Notes: generated by a model not told the origin, from the sequence alone. A stretch of 57,053 nucleotides of DNA, filler included, from Sphacelaria rigidula (GCA_964200075.2; 8 parts of 8 records of this genome joined end to end with filler, not necessarily neighbours in it), one strand, 5' to 3'. Shown: positions 24,401 to 37,295, counted from the first letter of the whole stretch. Numbers and translations: made by a program.

Positions 24401-27059
24401 GAGCTGTATTGAAACGTACTGAAACTCAATACCGCTGCTTCGGTATAGCTTTACAACAAATACCGTAACGCATCCAGACGGGCAGTCAGGTATTGGTGAC
24501 GCTACATCAGCCGTTCACCACCGCCAGCTATGCTTGAAGGGCCGTACTTCAAAACTGGTACAAAGGATGTAGATAAGGTGGCGGTTAAAACTAACGATGC
24601 GCGGAAGGTCGAAACGTTTCGTCTATCAAACCCTAAACCTATCACGACCTACCTTAGCGAGTCTCTATCAAATTACGAATTGCGCCTGCCAACAGACTGA
24701 GCGGACAATTGTCATTAACAGGAATTTGCGAAGTTTGAATGGATGAAACACAGCACCCCCCGGTCAGGGGGGGCAGGTCATTTATCCGGGAGGTGTACTG
24801 TTATGTAAAACGGATGTAAACCCCTCGTAGTTCTCCCTGCTCGATAGTTCGAGAGCTGGGGAAGATCTGCTCCGATACTAAATAAAAACCAGACCCAATC
24901 GTGTAGTTTAGTTATGTTCACAAATTTTGGAAAAAGAAACCCAGCAAACAATCATCGGTTATGGTCTGCTATATATATGAGGGTTGAGAGGTGAACGTTT
25001 CCATTCTACAACGAGCGACAGTCGAACGTGAAGCTGGTCGACAGTCGAACGTGAAGCTCCTGTCGCGCGACCAGTGGGTAGTGCAACTAGCCCTGCTGAC
25101 GCACGTTGTACTAGAGAGTAGCGATTAGAACAGTATCCACTAGAATGTGCACACCTTTTCGAGTACCCGCTCCATATTATCGAAAGGAAATAACACGGGG
25201 GATCAAGAATGATCGACCACCAGTCATCAATAATGCAAGGAGCGGGACCATTTACCCATGTTCACCCTGGCTGGGGTGAACAACTCAATACTGTTACAAT
25301 TAGGCAGCTACGGAGAGTACTGCGATACAAGATACCTGCACGAGGCCACCAGACGGACACTACACCATCTCCCGTTGTCTATCTACTCTGCGCCTATCAA
25401 CAATCCAATTCCAACGCGGTTTGTCTGTCCGTGTATGCTATGACTACCATCAGACAAGGCTGCATTCGTCTGGGCAGGGCTTCTGGTCTTTAGTGTCTAC
25501 GGGTTCCACCCATTATTTTGCCGAAATATATCGAACAGAAACCGACCAGACGGTTGGCTGGTACTGAACAACGTGAGTAATAATTGTGGACATTATGCAC
25601 TATGCTAACATGGAGGCCCGACAACGTGCGAATGAATTGGGGAATGCGCGTGAGTCCGGAGTATGCGTGCGTTATACAATAGGCTCACCCTCGAGCAGGC
25701 AGGAAATCACCACACACAGGGAGATGAAGGAGAACGAAGACCCAAGATAACAAGACCGTGTCTAGCCGAACAGGTCATTCGAGCCATATTTTCCCCCGCG
25801 TGCCCTCGCAGGTTACCAGGAGGCCGAAAATTGGAGGATTATTCCCCATGAAAGGGAAATCGGAGCCGAATGCTCACACGAACCTGTCATGGGATCAAAT
25901 TTGCTGCCATGTTCTCCTGTTTCCCTGTTCCACCCCTGTTCGTCTTCCCTCGGTGATGTCCACGCTCTTATCACGAGGAAAAAATGATGCTGTCAGTTTA
26001 CCCCCATCGTGTCTTCTCACCGTTGATGTGTTGAGCACATTCCCAATCCTATTTCGCCAGGACCATTTAAGCAGGAGTAAGGTACTGCGTTAATAATATG
26101 AAGTACGCTTGACCGGTGTTATGATACCCATGGCATATACGTGCAGGTTATCGTTTCAAGTACAAGTACCGCATAGCCAACGCGAAAACCCGGCGAAATA
26201 ATTAGTGGAAATCCTCTAACCCCGCAAGCTCAACCGTTCTACCCAGCTGGATCAGCTCAACAGTTTCAACAGTGCAAGCCGCGCCGTAGCAGCAACCTGT
26301 CGTCCCTGTTCAATAACAACAGGACGAACCCTTCCACACGGCAGAAGGTTGCTGCACCTCCTCAGCAGAATCAATCTTTTGTGTGTCCGCCATTGCAGCA
26401 GTTTTTCTGCACCACGACGATAACAGCAGTATTTTTGCGCCTTTGCAAGAAAATGCCGCTGAAGCGCCGCAAATGAATTTGTTTAATGCTCCTGACCAAC
26501 GGTTTGCACGATCGATCTTTCCTCCATTTTTCTTCAGCAGATACTTCCAGTAACTGGGTCTCCGTTGACATTGTTTACCCCACGCCAGGCGCGACCAGCA
26601 GTGTACATATTCCATGCTCAGCTGCTGCTGCCGCCACTACCGCCGCCTCTGTAACATCGATCAAGGGACTAGGTTCCACCTAACCCGATGGGTACGCATA
26701 CAAATATTTCACCCGTCCGGGGCTACCCCTCCTTCGAACGCCATTTTAGCCGAAGCGAGTAGGTACGATGCGCAGTAGCTGTGGGTACAAGCTGAAGTTT
26801 GGCACCACAGAAAAAGTAGCCACCGCTCACCAGTAACGGTGTTACTGGGCACCGGGGCGGGGGGGGGGGGGGGCTATGCATCGAAACAGGGGGGGNNNNN
26901 NNNNNGGGAAGGGGGGGGACAAAAAAAAGGGGCGGCGCCGCGGAGAAGAGAGGGGGTGGGGGGGGGGGGGGGGGGGGGGGGGGGGGAGCTATGCATCGAA
27001 ACAGTGGTGGAGGTTGTTGGTAACGTGGGGCAATATAACAAATTTTGAGGTCTGCTAAC

Positions 27060-28100
27060 TCTAGTAACAGTAACATACCTCAGATGAAAATACTAAGGTC
27101 AGCGGTAATTCCTATTCTTTTCCGCACAAAGGATAACTTCATAAGGGTATGGGTCCAGGTGGTCCATGGATTACCATATGGATTTATTTCGGCAGGGAGT
27201 TTTTCCAGGAGAGACAAGAGCACGTCATCTTTCGAAGGGCGATCGAGATTTCGGCTTTCGCCGGAGGCGCCGTGAGTACGGTTCGTGTCCAAAAGTCCCC
27301 CAAAACTCGGAGCTGTTGACACCGATCACCTCACCAGCCAAGGAGATTCAGCAACTTTGAACCTCTTCCGTGCTGTCAAGCCAAGCGCGTTTGGTGACGA
27401 CTTGACAGTAAGGTTGTTTGGTCGGAGCGAACTGGTAGCATCGAATGAGGTGTGGAAAAGTCTTGGAGTGACGTGGAGGACGATACTTCGCTGCAGTGGC
27501 TGCTGCATCTAACGGAGGACGTAAGCTCAGAAGGTTTGGCTAGCAAGCTAGTCCCGGGCTACGTGCGATCGACGCTAGAATGGGCAGCCGTCTGCGTCAG
27601 GGTTCGAAAGAAAGACGGACGGTAGTTTTACGACTATGTCAAGATTATCATGTACTGAACCAACTTCTTGAGCCGTACAGCGGCAGCTGGAGGGATATGT
27701 AGACCAAATATAGTAGGCTAGCAGAATCCAAGTACTCTAGGAGCATTGATTTAGCGAATGGGTTTTTCCAGTTGAAGGTGGAAAAGGTATTTTGGCAGCC
27801 AAAGAGTTCGTAGAAGTGATACGCTGATGAGGACAGGAAGACGTTGGATTGTGTTGGAGTATATCAGATTGGAGAGGGAGTCAGGCTGGTAAATACGAGT
27901 CCGGGGCGCGATTCTTTCCACAACCTTGTGGAAGAAGTGCAACCACAAGTGTTGGTAGGGGATACAAGTCGGGTTTCACCATTCGAATGGGCCGAACCAG
28001 AGTCAGCATCAGCCAGTGTCTTCGAAAGTCTTCGAAAAAGTTGGTCGATTCATTCCTCTCACCAACCTCTGTGACAACGCTAATCTTGGAGAGCACTGCT
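27060..28100 (+). pseudogene. Heavily decayed Ty3/gypsy pol (protease to RT)
   Basis: Across frameshifts: protease-like VWVQVVHGLPYGFI; RT motifs EWAAVCVRVRKKDG, LRLCQDYHVLN and RLAESKYSRSIDLANGFFQL; thumb-like PFEW...VFESLRK. Confidence 0.75.
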
Positions 28101-28478
28101 GTGATAGTGCGCTCTCCTGGTGAGAACGAGCTCGTTGCTCCGTGTTGATCGGAGCTGGGGGTCTCACTGAGCAGGCCTCAGTATCAGCCGTGCAGGTGGG
28201 CGCACCGTATCGGAAGAGACGGACCCATGTGGTCGCCTTGAAAGCTGATCGTCGGAGGGAAGCACAACTGCGAGCGTAGAAGCAGCGAGTGAAAACGTAC
28301 ACCGTTGCCTACCCCACGTTGGGTTAGCGATTAGGGCGGACCGGTATTTATTTTTCTGGTACCGACAGGACAGGGCGAGGCGATTCACACTTCCGAGAAT
28401 CCGATGCCCATATTATGTTGTTCTCAGTTGACGAAGGGGAAACCAAGGCGCGAGGAATCCAGACCCCATGGAGCGGAC

Positions 28479-28578
28479 NNNNNNNNNNNNNNNNNNNNNN
28501 NNNNNNNNNNNNNNNNNNNNNNTTAATTAATTAANNNNNNNNNNNNNNNNNNNNNNNNNNNNNNNNNNNNNNNNNNNN
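28479..28578. other. Artificial contig linker
   Basis: N44-TTAATTAATTAA-N44. Confidence 0.97.
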
Positions 28579-28714
28579 CAAGGCTGTACTAGTTCAATTC
28601 ACTTCGAAGAACACGTGCTCAAAACTGAAATGTGAAGAAGAAAAGCATGGTCAAGGCTGTAGTAAGTTCAATTTACTTCGAACACGTGCTCAAAACTGCA
28701 ATGTAACGAAGAAA
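28579..28714. repeat. Imperfect ~73-bp tandem duplication
   Basis: CAAGGCTGTA...GAACACGTGCTCAAAACTG.AATGT...GAAGAAA occurs twice. Confidence 0.75.
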
Positions 28715-29726
28715 GGGAGAGTATATGAACATGTTATACGGGCTGATATCCCATCCGAACGACGGAGGCATGGTAACATAGACCACAAACACCACAGAGT
28801 AAGACCATGCTGCGTGCGGCTCACCCCTACTAAATGTACGCAGCCGATCGTCTCTGCCCATAACCCCATCCCCACCCCCGATCCAGGATCTCTTCNNNNN
28901 NNNNNCTTCCTCCTTCTCCTTCCGCTCCGGGCCGTCAGTAGTATGCGCTTCGTTTTCGGTACTCGTCAGTCATCTCCACTTTGGGCAGCTGCTGTTGCGG
29001 GCATCTGCCTCTCTCCTTTGTTGTTGGGTTTCGAAGCTTCCGCTGCAATAGAGCAACACCACCCCACCACACATCGGCAGACTACAAGTTGTCTGTATCT
29101 GCTGTGCGACATTTGTATGTACCCTGTGCGTGTGTGTGTATTCTCGTCTCATCCATTTTGGACACCGGTCTAGAGATTTTGGTGTATGTGGGCGCACCAG
29201 CCGGGGTCACACAAACAGAAGGTCCGCGTTTAGGTAATGAAACTGAAAAACACCGCACACTGCCGTGTTGTCTAGTGTTGAGTGTAGTAGTCTTCGCTCC
29301 ATACACCACTGCAAACGTATCTTGTTTTGAGTGTACTGGCCTGTACTCAAGACATTGGGGTCATGGTTCTAGCAGTTTTCCAAAACGATCTGTTAGTTTT
29401 TCAAAACATTTGCTTTTTTTTCAAAGTATTCCGAAAAAAACGAGAGTGTTTTCTGTCACAGAAATCTATAGCCGAATTTGGAATAGCCTGACACAAAAAA
29501 CAATTTGAAACTTGGAATATTTGGATATGAAGTATCACTTGGGTAGCACCTCAATACTTCCCTCAAGTTTTGGGTAGATTGGGTTTGACCTCAAATAGTC
29601 TACTCTAATTTTGGGTAGATTAAGTACGACCTCAAATACTTTACTAAACGATCGGGTACGAAAAGTATGACGTTCCAAAACTACCGAATAACGAGTATAC
29701 TCTATTCGACCTGCCCTCGGAGACGT

Positions 29727-30200
29727 TCATACCGGTACCCGAGAGTTGTGTAATTTTTGGGAGACTTTCACACCCTGACCCGATAGTTCTGCGAGTTTTG
29801 TAAGCCCCCCGTGCCGTTGCTGGGGGGCACGAGTACGCTCTTGATGAGATAACCGGTTGCGGGTACGGTGTTCTGCGCGAACTTTATACCGTACCCGACA
29901 GTTTCTGTGTGTTCTGCAAGCTCCCCGCACCGTTACCCTACAGTGCTGTGAATTCTGTACAGAATGTTTACCAGTACCTGAAGCCTGGGTATGCTGTTAA
30001 AGAAATACCCGATTGCCGGTACGGTGTTCCTGAAAGTCCCGCATGCCGTACCCGACAAGTTCTGTGATTTCTGTAAGACTCTCAAACCGATACCCGCCAG
30101 CTTTGTATTTTCTGTGAGACTTCCATAACGGTATTCGGTACTTCTGTAAGTTCCATCAAGAATTTCATACCCTCCAGAACATACCCGTACCCAACCGTAT
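29727..30200. repeat. Degenerate minisatellite-like array (GTACCCGA...TTCTGTG..TTCTGTAAG)
   Basis: Recurrent TACCCG and TTCTG(T/C)(G/A) motifs at roughly 40-bp spacing. Confidence 0.6.
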
Positions 30201-30792
30201 ACAAGCTTGCAAGGAGGGATGCTGAACGGATGACATCCTGCTACACCCGCGGGAATAATGTCCAAGCTGCTATCGCCCCGGTGACAAATCATTCGCTACT
30301 ATTTCCATATTTCATGTCACAAGTGCACGCGTCATACGTTTTCTTACGAGAATGTGACATCCTCGACAAGCCGGTAGGTCGATTGGCAACACAGAAGTTC
30401 TCCCAGCGATAATGGAGGCCTAGGGTGCTGCTACGGTACCCACAGCAAAGCAGCACCAGATGAATGAGCGTTCTGCAGTAAGCTCTAAGTGTGCTAATCA
30501 AACGAACCGATATAACAGCGTTCATACCCGCTGCAACAACAGCAAAAAGCACTTGTGCGAACCGCTTCTTCCACGAAGCACTTAGTTGAATCAACAACAG
30601 AACTCCGGCGCAGGGATCATCGTCACACAAGAATATCTCCCCTCCGTCGCAACAACACGCACGAAAACCGGGGCTGCGGCGGCGTATTTGAATACACCAC
30701 CTACCTCTTCCAGCAAAACTGGAACTGAGCTTCAGATCGGCGTGCGGCGAACATGTCATGATCACTCTAACTCGCGTTCGTGTTGATGACAC

Positions 30793-32658
30793 TCACGCAA
30801 GGGGGGAAAACGGAGCAAACACTGCCAGCTCCATCTTCAGGCCTTCCTCTTTCCCATGAAATACCACTGAAGAAGCATCTACAGCAGAGTCTCCTGTCCG
30901 ATGGTGTTCACGAACAATCGACGGCGTTTTGCAAATCCGCTTCTTCATTCTTCCATCACAATCTTCTCTGGAAAGACTGCCGATCCTGCTGCTCCCACCT
31001 TCATCAGAGTAGGTGGCCAAGCCAACCGTCCTTCGCAAGCTCTGCATGGGACGCTGAAGGGGAGCAGACGTTTCCGATTTCATCCTCGTGTGCGGCCTTG
31101 TCCACAGAGATCCTCCGTCGGTATCCTTAGAAGGCTGCGGCGGTGCGGTACCAACAAGTTCGGAACTTACGAGCAAAACAGGGCCGAACCCGACATCACC
31201 CTCACCACCCTTGTGACTTGTTGAATATTTGGGTTGTCCATCCTGGGTGGAATTTCCATCGAAGATGTCTCGATGGTGCCCACGCCCGGTTGCCTGAGAT
31301 ACGGCAAATTGGCATACGGCCATCTGTTCGACGCTATCGACGCGGTACACACACCGATTCGAACAACCTTCGTTGCCGCATTGCTTGCTCAGTGCATTGA
31401 CCATCCCCACCCTCGCGTGATCGGCACAGAACTCCGCCTTCCGACTTCCGGCTACACCGTACGATGGTTTCTTGGAGCAGCCCTCGTGACCGCACTTCTT
31501 ACTCACTACATCGACCATCCCCAACCTGGCATGAACGGCACAGAACTCCGCCAACCGGCTTCCCGCTATACCGTAAGATGGTCGTTTGGAGCAGTCCTCA
31601 TGACCGCACTTCTTACTCACTACATCGACCATCCCCAACCTGGCATGAACGGCACAGAACTCCGCCAACCGGCTTCCCGCTACACTGTAAGATGGTCGTT
31701 TGGAGCAGCCCTCGTTGCCGCACCTCTTGCCTGCTACATTAATCATTCCTGCCCTCGCGTGATTGGCACAGAACTCCGCCTTCCGACTTTCCGTTACACC
31801 GTACGATGGATGTTTGGCACAGCCCTCGTGACCGCACTTCTTGCTCGTTACATTGACCATCTCCGCCCTCGCGTGATCAGCACAGAAGAGCCCTACCGTA
31901 CTTCCCGCTATACCGTAAGATGGTCGTTTAGAGCAGCCCTGGTTGCCGCACCTCTTGCCTGCTACATTAATCATTCCTGCCCTGGCGTGATCGGCACAGA
32001 ACACCGCCTTCCGACTGCCCGCTGCACCGTACGACGGGATTTTGGAACAGCCCTCGCCGTGGCATTTCTTGTTCACTACACCGACCATCCCCACCCTCGC
32101 GTGATCGGCACAGAATTCCGCCTTCCGACTCCCCGCTACACCGTACGATGGTTGTTTGGAGCAGCCCTCGTCGCCGCACTTCTTGCTCACTACATCGACC
32201 ATTCCTGGCGTCGCGTGGTCGGCACAGAACTGCGCCTTCCGACTTCTTGCTACACCATAAGATGGTCGCTTGGAGCAGCCCTCGTCGTTGCACTTCTTCC
32301 CCGCTACATTGACCATCCCTGCCCTGGCATGATCAGCACAGAACCCCGCGTTCCGGCTTCCCGCTATACCGTACGATGGTCGTTTGAAGCAGCCCTCGTG
32401 ACCGCACTTCTTGCTCGCTACATCGACCATCCCCACCCTCGCGTGATCGGCACAGAAGAGTCTTACCGTACTTCCCGCTACACCGTAAGATCGTCTTTTT
32501 GAGCAGCCCTCGTTGCCGCACCTCTTGCCCGCTACATTGACCATCCCCAACCTGGCATGATCGGCACAGAACTCCGCAAACCGGCTTCCCCCTACACCGT
32601 ACGATGAACGTTTGGAGCAGCCCTCGTGGCCGCAATTCTTACTCGCTACATCGACCAT
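30793..32658 (-). CDS. Intronless EsV-1-7 (cysteine-rich, putative zinc-binding) tandem repeat protein
   Basis: First in-frame ATG at 32658; frame stays open to 32814. Eleven intact 38-aa repeats, consensus MVDVxSKKCGHEGCSKRPSYGVAGSRKAEFCADHARxG, then one degenerate repeat and a low-complexity tail of about 160 aa. Confidence 0.88.
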   Translation of the reverse strand: MVDVASKNCGHEGCSKRSSYGVGGSRFAEFCADHARLGMVNVAGKRCGNEGCSKRRSYGVAGSTVRLFCADHARVGMVDVASKKCGHEGCFKRPSYGIAGSRNAGFCADHARAGMVNVAGKKCNDEGCSKRPSYGVARSRKAQFCADHATPGMVDVVSKKCGDEGCSKQPSYGVAGSRKAEFCADHARVGMVGVVNKKCHGEGCSKIPSYGAAGSRKAVFCADHARAGMINVAGKRCGNQGCSKRPSYGIAGSTVGLFCADHARAEMVNVTSKKCGHEGCAKHPSYGVTESRKAEFCANHARAGMINVAGKRCGNEGCSKRPSYSVAGSRLAEFCAVHARLGMVDVVSKKCGHEDCSKRPSYGIAGSRLAEFCAVHARLGMVDVVSKKCGHEGCSKKPSYGVAGSRKAEFCADHARVGMVNALSKQCGNEGCSNRCVYRVDSVEQMAVCQFAVSQATGRGHHRDIFDGNSTQDGQPKYSTSHKGGEGDVGFGPVLLVSSELVGTAPPQPSKDTDGGSLWTRPHTRMKSETSAPLQRPMQSLRRTVGLATYSDEGGSSRIGSLSREDCDGRMKKRICKTPSIVREHHRTGDSAVDASSVVFHGKEEGLKMELAVFAPFSPLA

Positions 32659-33925
32659 CTTCAACCCGGCGCGATCGGCACAGAACTCCGCCAACCGGCT
32701 TCCCGCAACACCGGACGATGGTTGGTTGGAGCTCCCCCGGTTGCCGCACTTCTTATGCGTCACATTAACCCTCTCTCCACCTGGGCGTGGTCGGCACAGA
32801 AATCCGCTTTCCAACTTCCCGCTACACCATATACGATGGTATTTTGGAGCAGCCCTCGTTACCGCACCCCCTTCTTATTTCATTGACCATCCCAACCCTG
32901 TTCGCCGGCAGCTCCACGACGTAACCGCCCGTCACATATATCGTGAAATATCAAGCAGCCCTCCGGGCGCAATGCCAACCTAGCGTCGCCGCTGTGTCGG
33001 CAAAACGAGAGGCTGTAGCATACGCAATACCGGCTGCTTATGGCAGTCCCACTGATAAATGGCCAAAAGCAGGCCGTTCCTCCTGATGCTGCCTGAGAAT
33101 ATCCAACGGATTCAAAAGCCGGGTCAAATATTGTCGAGTGTTTGTGAAATGCGGCATACAGTACTTCAAGGGAAATGGTAAGTACGGGTTGTTCATATAT
33201 TGCGTGGGCCTTCACTATGGGATAAGACCGAGTAGGCCTTTGTTCTGTGGAACGTTTCATTTCCAAACGTGGAGCTGGCGATCCCTCTAGTGGAGAACTT
33301 TGCAAAGCTCTACATATATCCTCCACTAGATCCGGCGCTGCATTGTGCAGCCCATGCAAAAAAAGCAATATAAATACATGGCATATACTACGGCCAAAAA
33401 CCAGCAGTATGGGTGAATGGTATCGATCGAACACACTACAACATACATTTTGAATATTGAAAGAACTTCATAGCCCACCCTATGTTGTCGTTAGTTGTGC
33501 CATGCAGAAAGCTTGGAAGATTAAAATGTATACATATCATAAACGTCTCTGCCTGAGGATTTTTGCTTCACTCAACTTCAGCCATTTGCGCGGATGACGT
33601 GACATAATTATGAGGATGTTAACGTCCTCGCCGTAGGTACCGTCTTACAAACGTTTGCATTAGTATGTACTGCCGCTGTGGTTGTGCGTATTGACACAGC
33701 CGGCCGAGGAATTCAGCCCTCAAAAAGCAGACAAGGTTCTCGGCGACTGATCTCCACCAAACGTTCAGTTTCCGCAACACCCATTGACATGCTTGCAACA
33801 AACGAATAAGAACTGGCGAATAAGGACGTGACACTACACTGCGAAATAAGGGGTGAACAACCGAACTTGATCTTTTCATGGAATGAGTCGGGGATACTAC
33901 CAAAAATGTACGGAATGCCACTTTA

Positions 33926-34314
33926 TTCTCGGTCAATTGTGACCCATCTTCCAAGCGATAACTCGAAAATACGACATACTGAAAAGAAGGCAGTTGGAAC
34001 GACTGGTTTTGAGAATAAAAGTAACTGCATATCTACTTTTTCATGCGGTTGATTCTAAAAACTGCATATCTACTTTTTTATGCGGTTGATTCTAAGTGTG
34101 CTGAGTAGGTCCAGCATTTAGCAACACACTGACGTTTGCTTCCCGCATGAAAAAGTAGATATGCAGTTACTTTTATTCTCAAAACCAGTCGTTCCAACTG
34201 CTTTTTTTTCAGTATGTCGTATTTTCGAGTTACCGCTTGGAAGATGGGTCACAATTGACCGAGAAGTCAGTGTCTTGCTAAATGCTGGACCTACTCAGCA
34301 CACTTAGAATCAAC
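33926..34314. repeat. Compound near-perfect inverted duplication (A-B then rcA-rcB) with a 36-bp tandem duplication
   Basis: A 33926-34048 pairs with 34143-34265; B 34085-34133 pairs with 34266-34314; 34023-34058 repeats at 34060-34095. Confidence 0.9.
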
Positions 34315-35622
34315 GTTAGCAGGAGGCACGAGATGATGGGGTAATTATTCACTGCGAAATGTAGGATACTAAAACTACCAAGCTAACTCGTTAAAGGAGT
34401 AGTACATATCGGTGTCTACTGACCACGGACTGCCTATTCCGTAGGAAAGTCACGAAGTCACGGTATGGTTTGAGCGGTGAAGCCCGTACTTGTAGACAAA
34501 CATTTCGCGGTGGTTGGAGTTCATAAAAAGCTCAGATTCCGCCTCAACACCGGTACGTGACAATCCCGATAAATTCCGATAGACAGCTCATAACGAATGC
34601 ATACCCAAATCATCGATGCTCAACAAATACACGATCCTTGACAAAGCCATGATAGACTGCACCGTTTACCCGAAGATCCTGTGTGTATATGGTATGTTAC
34701 CCGAAGATCCTGTGTGGTATGCCTCGAAAGTTGATGCATCTCAGTGCATAGGACGTGTGGAGATCACTCTACGAAAAAATCACACTTAGCCCCCAACACG
34801 AGACCAGGGGTGATGGTTCTGAAGCACTTACTTCAGCAAATTGACAGGCTTCGGTTCTTGTGACCTCGGCGTTTTGTTCATAGTCACTTTGTACATACGT
34901 GGCATTTGTTCGTCGATTCCTGGTGCCGAATACGGGCTCTCCGTGTTGGTTGATTGTCGCACACTGAGAGGGCCCCGGGAAATACAGTCGTGGTCAAAAG
35001 ATAGTCATACCCAAGGTAAACAAAAACGTCTCACTCGCTATCAACGGTGGAAACTCGAGCGAGAGGAGTGGTAAAGAAACGTCTGATAGAAACAGGGCAC
35101 ACACAATCGGTTGAGAACACAAGTCTTATAAACCTTCTATATGTACCATTACACAGACCACTCTTACTCTCCCTTTTGTTCGACGTGACTGAGACTGAAT
35201 GCAATCCTGTGTGATTAGCTGCTTCCACGTCGATGACATAGTGCTACATGTCTGAATCAACAACGATATCACCGCTGACGTGCGATCAGTTTTTTTTATG
35301 CCATTATACAAAAGCGATTCCCCACACACAGCACCCTTCCAACCTCTTCTCATAATATGTTCTCCAAACTTGCTCTCGGACGGAACAACATGGTGAGTAG
35401 GAGCCAGGCTCTGCGTAGGTCGGTGAGGTTTTCGATTTATGTCGATACTGCTTTTCTCCGAACAGCTGTGGTAGTCGTATATGAGAGTGCCTGGGATTGT
35501 TTTTGTTTTTTTTTGTTTCTGAGCTGAACCTCTAACACGGTGGCCATACTATTCTCCTTCTGTCACCTGTCTTTTCCTGGTTCTTGTCCTTTATTATCTT
35601 CTCTCTTCCTTTCTTTCGGTGT

Positions 35623-35722
35623 NNNNNNNNNNNNNNNNNNNNNNNNNNNNNNNNNNNNNNNNNNNNTTAATTAATTAANNNNNNNNNNNNNNNNNNNNNN
35701 NNNNNNNNNNNNNNNNNNNNNN
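35623..35722. other. Artificial contig linker
   Basis: N44-TTAATTAATTAA-N44. Confidence 0.97.
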
Positions 35723-36089
35723 GAACTTGTATAGTCCTACGATACAAGCAGCCCATGCCCGTGCAATCGGGTTTGTCATCTCTCCATCCTCGGTTGCCCT
35801 GATGTTCGCCATCACAACACACCATTTTATATCCTCTCTTCACGACCGACATAGTGCTGCGCTCCCCATCGAACTAACTAAACAAGCAGTGCTCGGAGTA
35901 CGGTACAATTAATGCGAACTCAATTGCCGCGTACATCTCTTGTATTGCGAATACATTAACATTCATTTAACGAGTGCCTACGCGGCTACTACGTGAGCGA
36001 CCGACGTACCACCCTCTGCCGTCGTGTTGGATTCCTCCGCATATCGCCTCAGAAATATGAACCTCCACCCATACTCTGTCAAACACCGT

Positions 36090-37226
36090 CAGTATGGTGG
36101 GTCCTGACTTCTAAGGCATGCCTTACTTTTTGCCTTGGAGCCCCTTTTCAGAAAGGGGTTGCCTGAGAGGGGGTTATGGCATCGAGATGCCTGGTCTGAG
36201 CGGGGCAAGCCTCGGTATCACGAAAATGGGAATAAGGCAAGCAGAAAAAAACACCAACATCTGTTCAGGGCGGGTTTGGGGTTATTTCTCGTACGGGCCC
36301 CCTTTTTTCAAAATCACACAGCGACAAGCAAACAGCAGACCATCTTCAGCGCCAAGCTATACTACTGCACTGCTGTGCAGTCGCGTACGGCTGCTAGGAT
36401 ACCGCCGTTCTGACTGTCCGGCGGGATCATATCTACGGTAGAGGATCGAAGCGCTGCTGGTTGTGCAGCTGCTGCATCATCCACCGCTGCAGCATCCGGA
36501 AGCGCAGCCACCTGCAGCAGCCCCGTCCCCGGTCCTTGTCCAAAGAAATAATTTCAATCCCAACTAACCATCCAACCATTCATCTTCAAACAATCTTGAA
36601 ATAAATGATCATATATATAAGAATAATAAATGAAATTCCTCATATTTCTTTCAAGAGCTTTTTATTATTCTCTACGCCCCGCTTTGAAAGCCTTTTTAGC
36701 GCAAATTTGGCACGCTTTATGCGCCTCATTCCCGTGCTTGTCGTGGTGTAACAGTCTTGAATCAATTCATAAATTTGTTACTGCATATGATGTAATGAAT
36801 AAGGATCGTACAGAATACCACGTAGCAGAAATCAACAGAGGTTGAATTTGGTCTTGAAATGGTTGGATACTCTAATACCTCAATTAGGCGCAAGCACCTC
36901 TTTTGGATCATTCCAGACATGGAATAAATGTTACACGCAGCTATGCCACGGCGCATGCACGTGCTGCGCGCAACACGCGTGTTTTAATTGGTACCACAGA
37001 TAGGGCTCAGCCTGCCTTGCCTATAGTGAACAAAGAGCAAAACGGAACTAAAGCAAATCTAAGGCATTATGCCTCGTCCATTTAAGGCATCTAAGGCATG
37101 AAATCGGATCTAGAGCATTGCCTTAAGTTTTGCCTAACCCCCGATTTTTTTGCCTGCGGCCGGCCCTCATTCATTTGCCGTGGGCACGCCTTCGGCGTGC
37201 CTCAAAAGTCGGGGCCTACCGTATGG
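36090..37226. mobile_element. Possible old non-autonomous TIR element (~1.1 kb)
   Basis: Imperfect 29-bp inverted ends (CAGTATGGTGGGTCCTGACTTCTAAGGCA vs TGCCTCAAAAGTCGGGGCCTACCGTATGG, 21/29 by eye); clustered AGGCA/TGCCT motifs near the ends; no clean TSD. Confidence 0.4.
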
Positions 37227-37295
37227 CGCCTTCAGGCCGCTTCTTACAGTGAATAACCCCCCCCCCCCCTGTAAATACGCTCTCATGCTCTTTTT

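Noticed and set aside
31234-32502. 422-aa plus-strand repetitive ORF
   Set aside because: Antisense shadow of the EsV-1-7 repeat ORF; the minus frame carries the conserved C/C/C/H pattern.
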